Source: Eledone cirrhosa
Lineage: Eukaryota
Assembly (NCBI GenBank): GCA_964016885.1
Contig: OZ024741.1
Coordinates: 402,070,001 to 402,134,000, forward strand
Reading direction: 5' to 3'
Length of the DNA stretch: 64,000 bases
Part shown: positions 1 to 18,545 of the stretch, in pieces
Layout: each line of letters opens with the position of its first letter
Numbering within the stretch: position 1 is the stretch's first letter
The notes under the pieces: generated by a model
Database searches by the model: none
Told to the model about the DNA's origin: nothing
What the model saw: only the letters and a program-made list of their open reading frames with translations
Made by a program: the position numbers and the translations under genes

Positions 1-1186
1 TATATAACTATATTATAATCACATATATTATATATAACTATATTATAATCACATATATTATATATAACTACATTATAATCACAAATATTATATATAACTA
101 CATTATAATCACATATATTATATATAACTATATTATAATCACATATATTATATATAACTACATTATAATCACATATATTATATATAACTATATTATAATC
201 ACATATATTATATATATATAACTAAATTATAATCACATATATTATATATAACTACATTATAATCACATATATTATATATAACTATATTATAATCACATAT
301 ATTATATATAACTACATTATAATCACATATATTATATATAACTACATTATAATCAGATATTTTATATATATATAACTACATTATAAACACATATATTATA
401 TATAACTACATTATAATCCCATATATTATAAATGTATAACAACGTTATAATCACATATATTATATATAACTATATTATAATCACATATATTATATATATA
501 TTACTACATTATAATCACATATATTATATATAACTATATTATAATCACATATATTATATATAAGTACATTATAATCACATATATTATATATAACTATATT
601 ATAATCACATATATTATATATATATAACTATATTATAATCACATATATTATATATAACTATATTATAATCAAATATATTATATATAACTATATTATAATC
701 ACATATATTATATATATATAACTACATTATAATCACATATATTATATATAACTTTATTATAATCACATATATTATATATAAGTACATTATAATCACATAT
801 ATTATATATAACTATATTATAATCACATATATTATATATAACTACATTATAATCACATATATTATATATAACTTCATTATAATCACATATATTATATATA
901 TATATAACTATATTATAATCACATATATTATATATAACTATATTATAATCACATATATTATATATAACTATATTATAATCCCATATATTATATATAACTA
1001 CATTATAATCACATATATTATATATAACTACATTATAATCACATATATTATATATAACTATATTATAATCACATATATTATATATATATAACTATATTAT
1101 AATCACATATATTATATATAACTACATTATAATCACATATATTATATATAACTATATTATAATCACATATATTATATATATATATA

Positions 1187-1641
1187 CACTTACACCTCTC
1201 CAAGACAATGTCACTGGACTGAGACCTTTGGCGGTACTCAGTTATAGAGAAGACCCGCCTTACCTAAATACAAAGTATAACCTACTACAGCCAGTAGGCA
1301 TCTCTAACAAAAGACCCCCCCGTCCCAGCACCCCCACCCCATCCACACCGCCCTTTTCAATGTAAAGTTATGTTGGTGCTACAACATCCAGGCCGAAACA
1401 AATGAGGTCGTGTAGACACAGTCCACGCTGTAATTTGGCCATGTAGGCAACACGGTAAAAACCTCCCAGCCCCACACTGTAAATGTGGTTGGTGTTAGGA
1501 AGGGCATCCAGCTGTAGAAAACCCGCCAGATAGTCCTATGCGAGCAAGACAATCACTCTTGCCTCAAGTGGGAAAACCCCCGTCCAAACCCATGAAAGCG
1601 TGGAACAGGGACATTAAACGTTGATGATGATGATGATGATG
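1187..1641 (+). mobile_element. RTE LINE 3' end cassette, copy 1 (ORF2 C-terminus + 3' UTR + (GAT)n tail)
   Basis: Translates [25 protein letters not shown], matching the RTE ORF2 ends at 49844 and 59051. Ends in (GAT)n. Confidence 0.9.
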
Positions 1642-4600
1642 AACTACATTATAATCCCATATATTATATATAACTATATTATAAACACATATATTATATA
1701 TAACTACATTATAATCACATATATTATATATAACTATAATATAATCACATATATTATATATATATAACTACATTATAATCACATATATTATATATAACTA
1801 CATTATAATCACATATATTGTATATAAATATATTATAATCACATATATTATATATAACTACATTATAATCACATATATTATATATATAACTATATTATAA
1901 TCACATATATTATATATAACTACATTATAATCACATATATTATATATAACTACATTATAATCACATATATTATATATAACTATATTATAATCACATATAT
2001 TATATATAAATAACTGCATTATAATCACATATATTATATATGACTACATTATAATCACATATATTATATATAACTACTTTATAATCACATATATTATATA
2101 TAACTATATTATAATCACATATATTATATATATATAACTACATTATAATCACATATATTATATATAACTACATTATAATCACATATATTATATATAACTA
2201 TATTATAATCACATATATTACATATAAATAACTACATTATAATCACATATATTATATATAACTACATTATAATTACATATATTATATATAACTATATTAT
2301 AATCACATATATTATATATAACTACATTAAAATCACATATATTATATATAACTATATTATAATCACATATAATATATATAACTATATTATAATCACATAT
2401 ATTATATATAACTATATTATAATCACATATATTATATATAACTATATTATAATCACATATATTATATATATATAACTACATTATAATCACATATATTATA
2501 TATAACTACATTATAATCACATATATTATATATAACTATATTATAATCATATACAATATATATAACTATATTATAATCACATATTATATATAACTACATT
2601 ATAATCACATATATTAGATATAACTACATTATAATCGCATATATTATATATAAGTACATTATAATCACATATATTATATATAACTATATTATAATCACAT
2701 ATATTATATATAACTATATTATAATCACATATATTATATATAACTATATTATAATCACATATTATATATAACTACATTATAATCACATATATTATATATA
2801 ACTACATTATAATCACATATATTATATATAAATAACTACATTATAATCACATATATTATATATAACTACATTATAATCACATATATTCTATATAACTATA
2901 TTATAATCACATATATTATATATAACTACATTATAATCACATATATTATATATAACTATATTATAATCACATATATTATATATAACTACATTATAATCAC
3001 ATATATTATATCTAACTATATTATAATCACATATATTATATATAACTACATTATAATCACATATATTATATATAACTATATTATAATCATATATATTATA
3101 TATAACTACATTATAATCACATATATTATATCTAACTATATTATAATCACATATATTATATATAACTACATTATAATCACATATATTATATATAACTATA
3201 TTATAATCACATATATTATATATAACTACATAATAATCACATATATTGTATATAAATATATTATAATCACATATATTATATATAACTACATAATAATCAC
3301 ATATATTATATATATAACTATATTATAATCACATATATTATATATAACTACATTAAAATCCCATATATTATATATAACTACATTATAATCACATATATTA
3401 TATATAACTATATTATAATCACATATATTATATATAAATAACTGCATTATAATCACATATATTATATATAACTACATTATAATCACATATATTATATATA
3501 ACTACATTATAATCACATATATTATATATAACTATATTATAATCACATATATTATATATATATAACTACATTATAATCACATATATTATATATAACTACA
3601 TTATAATCACATATATTATATATAACTATATTATAATCACATATATTATATATAAATAACTACATTATAATCACATATATTATATATAACTACATTATAA
3701 TCACATATATTATATATAACTATATTATAATCACATATATTATATATAACTACATTAAAATCACATATATTATATATAACAATATTATAATCACATATAA
3801 TATATATAACTATATTATAATCACATATATTATATATAACTACATTATAATCACATATATTATATATAACTATATTATAATCACATATAATATATATAAC
3901 TATATTATAATCACATATTATATATAACTACATTATAATCACATATATTAGATATAACTACATTATAATCACATATATTATATATAACTACATTATAATC
4001 ATATATATTATATATAACTATATTATAATCACATATATTATATATAACTATATTATATTCACATATATTATATATAAATATATTATAATCACATATATTA
4101 TATATATATAACTACATTATAATCACATATATTATATATAACTACATTATAATCACATATATTATATATAACTATATTATAATCACATATATTATATATA
4201 ACTACATCATAATCACATATATTATATATAACTATATTATAATCACATATATTATATATATATAACTACATTATAACCACATATATTATATATAACTACA
4301 TTATAATCACATATATTATATATAACTATATTATGATCATTTATAATATATATAACTATATTATAATCACATATTATATATAACTACATTATAATCACAT
4401 ATATTAGATATAACTACATTATAATCGCATATATTATATATAAGTACATTATAATCACATATATTATATATAACTATATTATAATCACATATATTCTATA
4501 TAACTATATTATAATCACATATATTATATATAACTATATTATAATCACATATTATATATAACTATATTATAATCACATATATTATATATATATAACTACA

Positions 4601-4842
4601 TTATAATCACATATATTATATATAACTACGTTATAATCACATATATTGTATATAAATATATTATAATCACATATATTATATATATATAACTACATTATAT
4701 TCACATATATTCTATATAACTATATTATAATCACATATATTCTATATAACTATATTATAATCACATATATTATATATAACTACATTATAATCACATATAT
4801 TATATATAACTATATTATAATCACATATATTATATATATATA

Positions 4843-5404
4843 CACTTACACATCTCCAAGACAATGTCACTGGACTGAGACCTTTGGCGGTACTCAGTAA
4901 TAGAGAAGACCCGCCTTACCTAAATACAAAGTAAAACCTACTACAACCAGTAGGTATCCCTAACAAAACACACCCCCGTCCCACCCCCCACCCCATCCAC
5001 ACCGCCCCTTTCAATGTAAAGTTATGTTGGTGCTACAACATCCAGGCCGAAACAAATGAGGTCGTGTAGACACAGTCCACGCTGTAATTTGGCCATGTAG
5101 GCAACACGGTAAAAACCTCCCAGCCCCACACTGTAAATGTGGTTGGTGTTAGGAAGGGCATCCAGCTGTAGAAAACCTGCCAGACAGTCCACGCTGTAAT
5201 GGGGTCGTGTAGGCAACACGGTAAAAACCTCCCAGCCCCACACTGTAAATGTGGTTGGTGTTAGGAAGGGCATCCAGCTGTAGAAAACCCGCCAGACAGT
5301 CCTATGCGAGCAAGACAATCACTCTTGCCTCAAGTGGGAAAACCCCCGTCCAAACCCATGAAAGCGTGGAACAGGGACGTTAAACGTTGATGATGATGAT
5401 GATG
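4843..5404 (+). mobile_element. RTE 3' cassette, copy 2 (112-bp internal duplication)
   Basis: Same 5' junction and tail as copy 1. ACAGTCC recurs at 5072, 5184 and 5296. Confidence 0.9.
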
Positions 5405-6773
5405 AACTACATTATAATCACATATATTATATATAACTATATTATAATCACATATATTATATATAACTACATTATAATCACATATATTATATATAACTAC
5501 ATTATAATCACATATATTATATATAACTATATTATAATCACATATATTATATATAACTACATTATAATCCCATATATTATATATAACTATATTATAAACA
5601 CATATATTATATATAACTACATTATAATCACATATATTATATATAACTATAATATAATCACATATATTATATATATATAACTACATTATAATCACATATA
5701 TTATATATAACTACGTTATAATCACATATATTGTATATAAATATATTATAATCACATATATTATATATAACTACATTATAATCACATATATTGTATATAT
5801 AACTATATTATAATCACATATATTATATATAACTACATTATAATCACATATATTATATATATAACTATATTATAATCACATATATTATATATAACTACAT
5901 TATAATCACATATATTATATATAACTACATTATAATCACATATATTATATATAAATAACTGCATTATAATCACATATATTATATATGACTACATTATAAT
6001 CACATATATTATATATAACAACTTTATAATCACATATATTATATATAACTATATTATAATCACATATATTATATATATATAACTACATTATAATCACATA
6101 TATTATATATAACTACATTATAATCACATATATTATATATAACTATATTATAATCACATATATTACATATAAATAACTACATTATAATCACATATATTAT
6201 ATATAACTACATTATAATTACATATATTATATATAACTATATTATAATCACATATATTATATATATATAACTACATTATAATCACATATATTATATATAT
6301 ATAACTACATTATAATCACATATATTATATATAACTATATTATAATCACATATATTATATATATATAACTATATTATAATCACATATATTATATATAACT
6401 ATATTATAATCACATATATTATATATAACTACATTATAATCACATATATTATATATAACTTCATTATAATCACATATATTATATATATATATAACTATAT
6501 TATAATCACATATATTATATATAACTATATTATAATCACATATATTATATATAAATATATTATAATCCCATATATTATATATAACTACATTATAATCACA
6601 TATATTACATATAACTACATTATAATCACATATATTATATATAACTATATTATAATCACATATATTATATATATATAACTATATTATAATCACATATATT
6701 ATATATAACTACATTATAATCACATATATTATATATAACTATATTATAATCACATATATTATATATATATATA

Positions 6774-7230
6774 CACTTACACCTCTCCAAGACAATGTCA
6801 CTGGACTGAGACCTTTGGCGGTACTCAGTTATAGAGAAGACCCGCCTTACCTAAATACAAAGTCAAACCTACTACAGCCAGTAGGCATCTCTAACAAAAC
6901 ACCCCCCCCCCGTCCCAGCACCCCCACCCCATCCACACCGCCCCTTTCAATGTAAAGTTATGTTGGTGCCACAACATCCAGGCCGAAACAAATGAGGTCG
7001 TGTAGACGCAGTCCACGCTGTAATGGGGTCATGTAGGCAACACGGTAAAAACCTCCCAGCCCCACACTGTAAATGTGGTTGGTGTTAGGAAGGGCATCCA
7101 GCTGTAGAAAACCCGCCAGATAGTCCTATGCGAGCAAGACAATCACTCTTGCCTCAAGTGGGAAACCCCCGTCCAAACCCATGCAAGCGTGGAACACGGA
7201 CGTTAAACGTTGATGATGATGATGATGATG
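6774..7230 (+). mobile_element. RTE 3' cassette, copy 3
   Basis: Same 5' junction (TATA|CACTTACAC) and (GAT)n tail. Confidence 0.9.
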
Positions 7231-9128
7231 AACTACATTATAATCACATATATTATATATAACTATATTATAATCACATATATTATATATAACTATATTA
7301 TAATCACATATATTATATATAACTACATTATAATCACATATATTATATATATATAACTATATTATAATCCCATATATTATATATATATAACTATATTATA
7401 ATCACATATATTATATATAACTATATTATAATCACATATATTATATATATATAACTATATTATAATCACATATATTATATATAGCTATATTATAATCACA
7501 TATATTATATATATATAACTACATTATAATCACATATATTATATATAACTACATTATAATCACATATATATATATAACTACATTATAATCACATATATGA
7601 TATATATATAACTATATTATAATCACATATATTGTATATAACTATATTATAATCACATATATTTTATATATATAACTATATTATAATCACATATATTATA
7701 TATAACTATATTATAATCACATATATTATATATAACTATATTATAATCATATATATTATATATAACTACATTATTATCGCATATATTATATATAACTATA
7801 TTATAATCACATATATTACATATAACTATATTCTAATCACATATATTATATATAACTATATTATAATCACATATATTATACATATATAACTATATTATAA
7901 TCACATATATTATATATAACTACGTTATAATCACATATATTATATATAACTATATTATAATCACATATATTATCTATAACTATATTATAATCACATATAT
8001 TATATATAACTACATTATAATCACAAATATTATATATAACTACATTATAATCACATATATTATATATAACTATATTATAATCACATATATTATATATAAC
8101 TACATTATAATCACATATATTATATATAACTATATTATAATCACATATATTATATATATATAACTAAATTATAATCACATATATTATATATAACTACATT
8201 ATAATCACATATATTATATATAACTATATTATAATCACATTTATTATATATAACTACATTATAATCACATATATTATATATAACTACATTATAATCAGAT
8301 ATTTTATATATATATAACTACATTATAAACACATATATTATATATAACTACATTATAATCCCATATATTATAAATGTATAACAACGTTATAATCACATAT
8401 ATTATATATAACTATATTATAATCACATATATTATATATATATTACTACATTATAATCACATATATTATATATAACTATATTATAATCACATATATTATA
8501 TATAAGTACATTATAATCACATATATTATATATAACTATATTATAATCACATATATTATATATATATAACTATATTATAATCACATATATTATATATAAC
8601 TATATTATAATCAAATATATTATATATAACTATATTATAATCACATATATTATATATATATAACTACATTATAATCACATATATTATATATAACTTTATT
8701 ATAATCACATATATTATATATAAGTACATTATAATCACATATATTATATATAACTATATTATAATCACATATATTATATATAACTACATTATAATCACAT
8801 ATATTATATATAACTTCATTATAATCACATATATTATATATATATATAACTATATTATAATCACATATATTATATATAACTATATTATAATCACATATAT
8901 TATATATAACTATATTATAATCCCATATATTATATATAACTACATTATAATCACATATATTATATATAACTACATTATAATCACATATATTATATATAAC
9001 TATATTATAATCACATATATTATATATATATAACTATATTATAATCACATATATTATATATAACTACATTATAATCACATATATTATATATAACTATATT
9101 ATAATCACATATATTATATATATATATA

Positions 9129-9583
9129 CACTTACACCTCTCCAAGACAATGTCACTGGACTGAGACCTTTGGCGGTACTCAGTTATAGAGAAGACCCGC
9201 CTTACCTAAATACAAAGTATAACCTACTACAGCCAGTAGGCATCTCTAACAAAAGACCCCCCCGTCCCAGCACCCCCACCCCATCCACACCGCCCTTTTC
9301 AATGTAAAGTTATGTTGGTGCTACAACATCCAGGCCGAAACAAATGAGGTCGTGTAGACACAGTCCACGCTGTAATTTGGCCATGTAGGCAACACGGTAA
9401 AAACCTCCCAGCCCCACACTGTAAATGTGGTTGGTGTTAGGAAGGGCATCCAGCTGTAGAAAACCCGCCAGATAGTCCTATGCGAGCAAGACAATCACTC
9501 TTGCCTCAAGTGGGAAAACCCCCGTCCAAACCCATGAAAGCGTGGAACAGGGACATTAAACGTTGATGATGATGATGATGATG
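9129..9583 (+). mobile_element. RTE 3' cassette, copy 4
   Basis: Appears identical to copy 1 at offset 7942. Confidence 0.9.
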
Positions 9584-12500
9584 AACTACATTATAATCCC
9601 ATATATTATATATAACTATATTATAAACACATATATTATATATAACTACATTATAATCACATATATTATATATAACTATAATATAATCACATATATTATA
9701 TATATATAACTACATTATAATCACATATATTATATATAACTACATTATAATCACATATATTGTATATAAATATATTATAATCACATATATTATATATAAC
9801 TACATTATAATCACATATATTATATATATAACTATATTATAATCACATATATTATATATAACTACATTATAATCACATATATTATATATAACTACATTAT
9901 AATCACATATATTATATATAACTATATTATAATCACATATATTATATATAAATAACTGCATTATAATCACATATATTATATATGACTACATTATAATCAC
10001 ATATATTATATATAACTACTTTATAATCACATATATTATATATAACTATATTATAATCACATATATTATATATATATAACTACATTATAATCACATATAT
10101 TATATATAACTACATTATAATCACATATATTATATATAACTATATTATAATCACATATATTACATATAAATAACTACATTATAATCACATATATTATATA
10201 TAACTACATTATAATTACATATATTATATATAGCTATATTATAATCACATATATTATATATAACTACATTAAAATCACATATATTATATATAACTATATT
10301 ATAATCACATATAATATATATAACTATATTATAATCACATATATTATATATAACTATATTATAATCACATATATTATATATAACTATATTATAATCACAT
10401 ATATTATATATATATAACTACATTATAATCACATATATTATATATAACTACATTATAATCACATATATTATATATAACTATATTATAATCATATACAATA
10501 TATATAACTATATTATAATCACATATTATATATAACTACATTATAATCACATATATTAGATATAACTACATTATAATCGCATATATTATATATAAGTACA
10601 TTATAATCACATATATTATATATAACTATATTATAATCACATATATTATATATAACTATATTATAATCACATATATTATATATAACTATATTATAATCAC
10701 ATATTATATATAACTACATTATAATCACATATATTATATATAACTACATTATAATCACATATATTATATATAAATAACTACATTATAATCACATATATTA
10801 TATATAACTACATTATAATCACATATATTCTATATAACTATATTATAATCACATATATTATATATAACTACATTATAATCACATATATTATATATAACTA
10901 TATTATAATCACATATATTATATATAACTACATTATAATCACATATATTATATCTAACTATATTATAATCACATATATTATATATAACTACATTATAATC
11001 ACATATATTATATATAACTATATTATAATCATATATATTATATATAACTACATTATAATCACATATATTATATCTAACTATATTATAATCACATATATTA
11101 TATATAACTACATTATAATCACATATATTATATATAACTATATTATAATCACATATATTATATATAACTACATAATAATCACATATATTGTATATAAATA
11201 TATTATAATCACATATATTATATATAACTACATAATAATCACATATATTATATATATAACTATATTATAATCACATATATTATATATAACTACATTAAAA
11301 TCCCATATATTATATATAACTACATTATAATCACATATATTATATATAACTATATTATAATCACATATATTATATATAAATAACTGCATTATAATCACAT
11401 ATATTATATATAACTACATTATAATCACATATATTATATATAACTACATTATAATCACATATATTATATATAACTATATTATAATCACATATATTATATA
11501 TATATAACTACATTATAATCACATATATTATATATAACTACATTATAATCACATATATTATATATAACTATATTATAATCACATATATTATATATAAATA
11601 ACTACATTATAATCACATATATTATATATAACTACATTATAATCACATATATTATATATAACTATATTATAATCACATATATTATATATAACTACATTAA
11701 AATCACATATATTATATATAACAATATTATAATCACATATAATATATATAACTATATTATAATCACATATATTATATATAACTACATTATAATCACATAT
11801 ATTATATATAACTATATTATAATCACATATAATATATATAACTATATTATAATCACATATTATATATAACTACATTATAATCACATATATTAGATATAAC
11901 TACATTATAATCACATATATTATATATAACTACATTATAATCATATATATTATATATAACTATATTATAATCACATATATTATATATAACTATATTATAT
12001 TCACATATATTATATATAAATATATTATAATCACATATATTATATATATATAACTACATTATAATCACATATATTATATATAACTACATTATAATCACAT
12101 ATATTATATATAACTATATTATAATCACATATATTATATATAACTACATCATAATCACATATATTATATATAACTATATTATAATCACATATATTATATA
12201 TATATAACTACATTATAACCACATATATTATATATAACTACATTATAATCACATATATTATATATAACTATATTATGATCATTTATAATATATATAACTA
12301 TATTATAATCACATATTATATATAACTACATTATAATCACATATATTAGATATAACTACATTATAATCGCATATATTATATATAAGTACATTATAATCAC
12401 ATATATTATATATAACTATATTATAATCACATATATTATATATAACTATATTATAATCACATATATTATATATAACTATATTATAATCACATATTATATA

Positions 12501-13276
12501 TAACTACATTATAATCACATATATTATATATAACTACATTATAATCACATATATTTTATATAAATAACTACATTATAATCACATATATTTTATATAACTA
12601 CATTATAATCACATATATTCTATATAACTATATTATAATCACATATATTATATATAACTACATTATAATCACATATATTATATATAACTATATTATAATC
12701 ACATATATTATATATATATAACTATATTATAATCACATATATTATATATAACGATATTATAATCATATATATTATATATAACTATATTATAATCACATAT
12801 ATTATATATATATAACTATATTATAATCACATATATTATATATAACTATATTAGAATCACATATATTATATATAACTATATTATAATCACATATATTATA
12901 TATAACTATATTATAATCACATATATTATATATAACTACATTATAATCACATATATTATATATAACTATATTATAATCACATATATTATATATAACTACA
13001 TTATAATCACATATATTATATATAACTATATTATAATCACATATATTATATATAACTACATTATAATCACATATATTATATATATATAACTACATTATAA
13101 TCACATATATTATATATAACTATATTATAATCATATATATTATATATAACTACATTATAATCACATATATTTTATATATATAACTACATTATAATCACAT
13201 ATATTATATATAACTACATTATAATCACATATATTATATATAACTATATTATAATCACATATATTATATATATATA

Positions 13277-13729
13277 CACTTACACATCTCCAAGACAATG
13301 TCACTGGACTGAGACCTTTGGCGGTACTCAGTAATAGAGAAGACCCGCCTTACCTAAATACAAAGTATAACCTACTACAACCAGTAGGCATCTCTAACAA
13401 AACACACCCCCGTCCCACCCCCCACCCCATCCACACCGCCCTTTTCAATGTAAAGTTATGTTGGTGCCACAACATCCAGGCCGAAACAAATGAGATCGTG
13501 TAGACACAGTCCACGCTGTAATGTGGCCGTGTAGGCAACACGGTAAAAACCTCCCAGCCCCACACTGTAAATGTGGTTGGTGTTAGGAAGGGCATCCAGC
13601 TGTAGAAAACCCGCCAGATAGTCCTATGCGAGCAAGACAATCACTCTTGCCTCAAGTGGGAAGACCCCCGTCCAAACCCATGAAAGCGTGGAACAGGGAC
13701 GTTAAACGTTGATGATGATGATGATGATG
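13277..13729 (+). mobile_element. RTE 3' cassette, copy 5
   Basis: Same junctions and tail as the other copies. Confidence 0.9.
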
Positions 13730-15963
13730 AACTACATTATAATCACATATATTATATATAACTACATTATAAACACATATATTATATATAACTACATTAT
13801 AATCACATATATTATATATAACTACATTATAATCACATATATTATATATAACTATATTATAATCACATATATTATATATAACTACATTATAATCACATAT
13901 ATTATATATAACTACATTATAATCACATATATTATATATAACTACATTATAATCACATATATTATATATAACTACATTATAAACACATATATTATATATA
14001 ACTACATTATAATCACATATATTATATATAACTACATTATAAACACATATATTATATATAACTACATTATAATCACATATATTATATATAACTATATTAT
14101 AAACACATATATTATATATAACTACATTATAATCACATATATTATATATAACTACATTATAATCACATATATTATATATAACTATATTATAATCACATAT
14201 ATTATATATAAATAACTGCATTATAATCACATATATTATATATAACTACATTATAATCACATATATTATATATAACTACATTATAATCACATATATTATA
14301 TATAACTATATTATAATCACATATATTATATATATATAACTACATTATAATCACATATATTATATATAACTACATTATAATCAAATATATTATATATAAA
14401 AATATTATAATCACATATATTATATATAACTACATTAAAATCACATATATTATATATAACTATATTATAATCACATATAATATATATAACTATATTATAA
14501 TCACATATATTATATATAACTACATTATAATCACATATATTATATATAACTATATTATAATCACATATAATATATATAACTATATTATGATCACATATTA
14601 TATATAACTACATTATAATCACATATATTAGATATAACTACATTATAATCACATATATTATATATAACTACATTATAATCATATATATTATATATAACTA
14701 TATTATATATAACTATATTATAATCACATATATTATATATAACTATATTATAATCACATATTATATATAACTACATTATAATCACATATATTATATATAA
14801 CTACATTATAATCAGATATATTATATATAAATAACTACATTATAATCACATATATTATATATAACTACATTATAATCACATATATTATATATAACTATAT
14901 TATAATCACATATATTATATATAACTACATCATAATCACATATATTATATATAACTATATTATAATCACATATATTATATATATATAACTACATTATAAC
15001 CACATATATTATATATAACTACATTATAATCACATATATTATATATAACTATATTATAATCATATATAATATATATAACTATATTATAATCACATATTAT
15101 ATATAACTACATTATAATCACATATATTAGATATAACTACATTATAATCGCATATATTATATATAAGTACATTATAATCACATATATTATATATAACTAT
15201 ATTATAATCACATATATTATATATAACTATATTATAATCACATATATTATATATAACTATATTATAATCACATATTATATATAACTACATTATAATCACA
15301 TATATTATATATAACTACATTATAATCACATATATTATATATAAATAACTACATTATAATCACATATATTATATATAACTACATTATAATCACATATATT
15401 CTATATAACTATATTATAATCACATATATTATATATAACTACATTATAATCACATATATTATATATAACTATATTATAATCACATATATTATATATATAT
15501 AACTATATTATAATCACATATATTATATATAACTATATTATAATCATATATATTATATATAACTATATTATAATCACATATATTATATATATATAACTAT
15601 ATTATAATCACATATATTATATATAACTATATTATAATCACATATATTATATATAACTATATTATAATCACATATATTATATATAACTATATTATAATCA
15701 CATATATTATATATAACTACATTATAATCACATATATTATATATAACTATATTATAATCACATATATTATATATAACTACATTATAATCACATATATTAT
15801 ATATAACTATATTATAATCATATATATTATATATAACTACATTATAATCACATATATTTTATATATATAACTACATTATAATCCCATATATTATATATAA
15901 CTACATTATAATCACATATATTATATATAACTATATTATAATCACATATATTATATATATATA

Positions 15964-16415
15964 CACTTACACATCTCCAAGACAATGTCACTGGACTGAG
16001 ACCTTTGGCGGTACTCAGTAATAGAGAAGACCCGCCTTACCTAAATACAAAGTAAAACCTACTACAACCAGTAGGCATCTCTAACAAAACACACCCCCGT
16101 CCCACCCCCACCCCATCCACACCGCCCCTTTCAATGTAAAGTTATGTTGGTGCCACAACATCCAGGCCGAAACAAATGAGATCGTGTAGACACAGTCCAC
16201 ACTGTAATGTGGCCGTGTAGGCAACACGGTAAAAACCTCCCAGCCCCACACTGTAAATGTGGTTGGTGTTAGGAAGGGCATCCAGCTGTAGAAAACCCGC
16301 CAGATAGTCCTATGCGAGCAAGACAATCACTCTTGCCTCAAGTGGGAAAACCCCCGTCCAAACCCATGAAAGCGTGGAACAGGGACGTTAAACGTTGATG
16401 ATGATGATGATGATG
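15964..16415 (+). mobile_element. RTE 3' cassette, copy 6
   Basis: Same junctions and tail as the other copies. Confidence 0.9.
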
Positions 16416-18469
16416 AACTACATTATAATCACATATATTATATATAACTATATTATAAACACATATATTATATATAACTACATTATAATCCCATATATTA
16501 TATATAACTATATTATAAACACATATATTATATATAACTACATTATAATCACATATATTATATATAACTATATTATAAACACATATATTATATATAACTA
16601 CATTATAATCACATATATTATATATAACTATATTATAATCACATATATTATATATATATAACTACATTATAATCACATATATTATATATAACTACATAAT
16701 AATCACATATATTGTATATAAATATATTATAATCACATATATTATATATAACTACATAATAATCACATATATTATATATATAACTATATTATAATCACAT
16801 ATATTATATATAACTACATTATAATCACATATATTATATATAACTATATTATAATCACATATATTATATATAAATAACTGCATTATAATCACATATATTA
16901 TATATAACTACATTATAATCACATATATTATATATAACTACATTATAATCACATATATTATATATAACTATATTATAATCACATATATTATATATATATA
17001 ACTACATTATAATCACATATATTATATATAACTACATTATAATCACATATATTATATATAACTATATTATAATCACATATATTATATATAAATAACTACA
17101 TTATAATCACATATATTATATATAACTACATTATAATCACATATATTATATATAACTATATTATAATCACATATATTATATATAACTACATTAAAATCAC
17201 ATATATTATATATAACTATATTATAATCACATATAATATATATAACTATATTATAATCACATATATTATATATAACTACATTATAATCACATATATTATA
17301 TATAACTATATTATAATCACATATAATATATATAACTCTATTATAATCACATATTATATATAACTACATTATAATCACATATATTAGATATAACTACATT
17401 ATAATCACATATATTATATATAACTACATTATAATCATATATATTATATATAACTATATTATAATCACATATATTATATATAACTACATTATAATCACAT
17501 ATATTATATATAACTATATTATAATCACATATAATATATATAACTATATTATAATCACATATTATATATAACTACATTATAATCACATATATTAGATATA
17601 ACTACATTATAATCACATATATTATATATAACTACATTATAATCATATATATTATATATAACTATATTATAATCACATATATTATATATAACTATATTAT
17701 AATCACATATATTATATATAACTACATTATAATTACATATATTATATATAACTACATTATAATCACATATATTATATATAATAACTACATTATAATCACA
17801 TATATTATATATAACTACATTATAATCACATATATTATATATAACTATATTATAATCACATATATTGTATATAACTACATCATAATCACATATATTATAT
17901 ATAACTATATTATAATCACATATATTATATATATATAACTATATTATAATCACATATATTATATATAACTATATTATAATCACATATATTATATATAACT
18001 ATATTATAATCACATATATTATATATATATAACTATATTATAATCACATATATTATATATAACTATATTATAATCACATATATTATATATAACTATATTA
18101 TATTCACATATATTATATATATATAACTACATTATAATCACATATATTATATATATATAACTACATTATAATCACATATATTATATATAACTATATTATA
18201 ATCACATATATTATATATAACTACATTATAATCACATATATTATATATATATAACTACATTATAATCACATATATTATATATAACTATATTATAATCACA
18301 TATATTATATATAACTATATTATAATCACATATATTATATATAACTACATTATAATCACATATATTATATATATAACTATATTATAATCACATATATTAT
18401 ATATAACTATATTATAATCATATATATTATATATAACTACATTATAATCACATATATTATATATATATA

Positions 18470-18545
18470 CACTTACACATCTCCAAGACAATGTCACTGG
18501 ACTGAGACCTTTGGCGGTACTCAGTAATAGAGAAGACCCGCCTTA
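18470..18545 (+). mobile_element. RTE 3' cassette, copy 7 (3'-deleted, ~76 bp)
   Basis: Same 5' junction, but stops at ...ACCCGCCTTA and returns to satellite. Confidence 0.85.
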
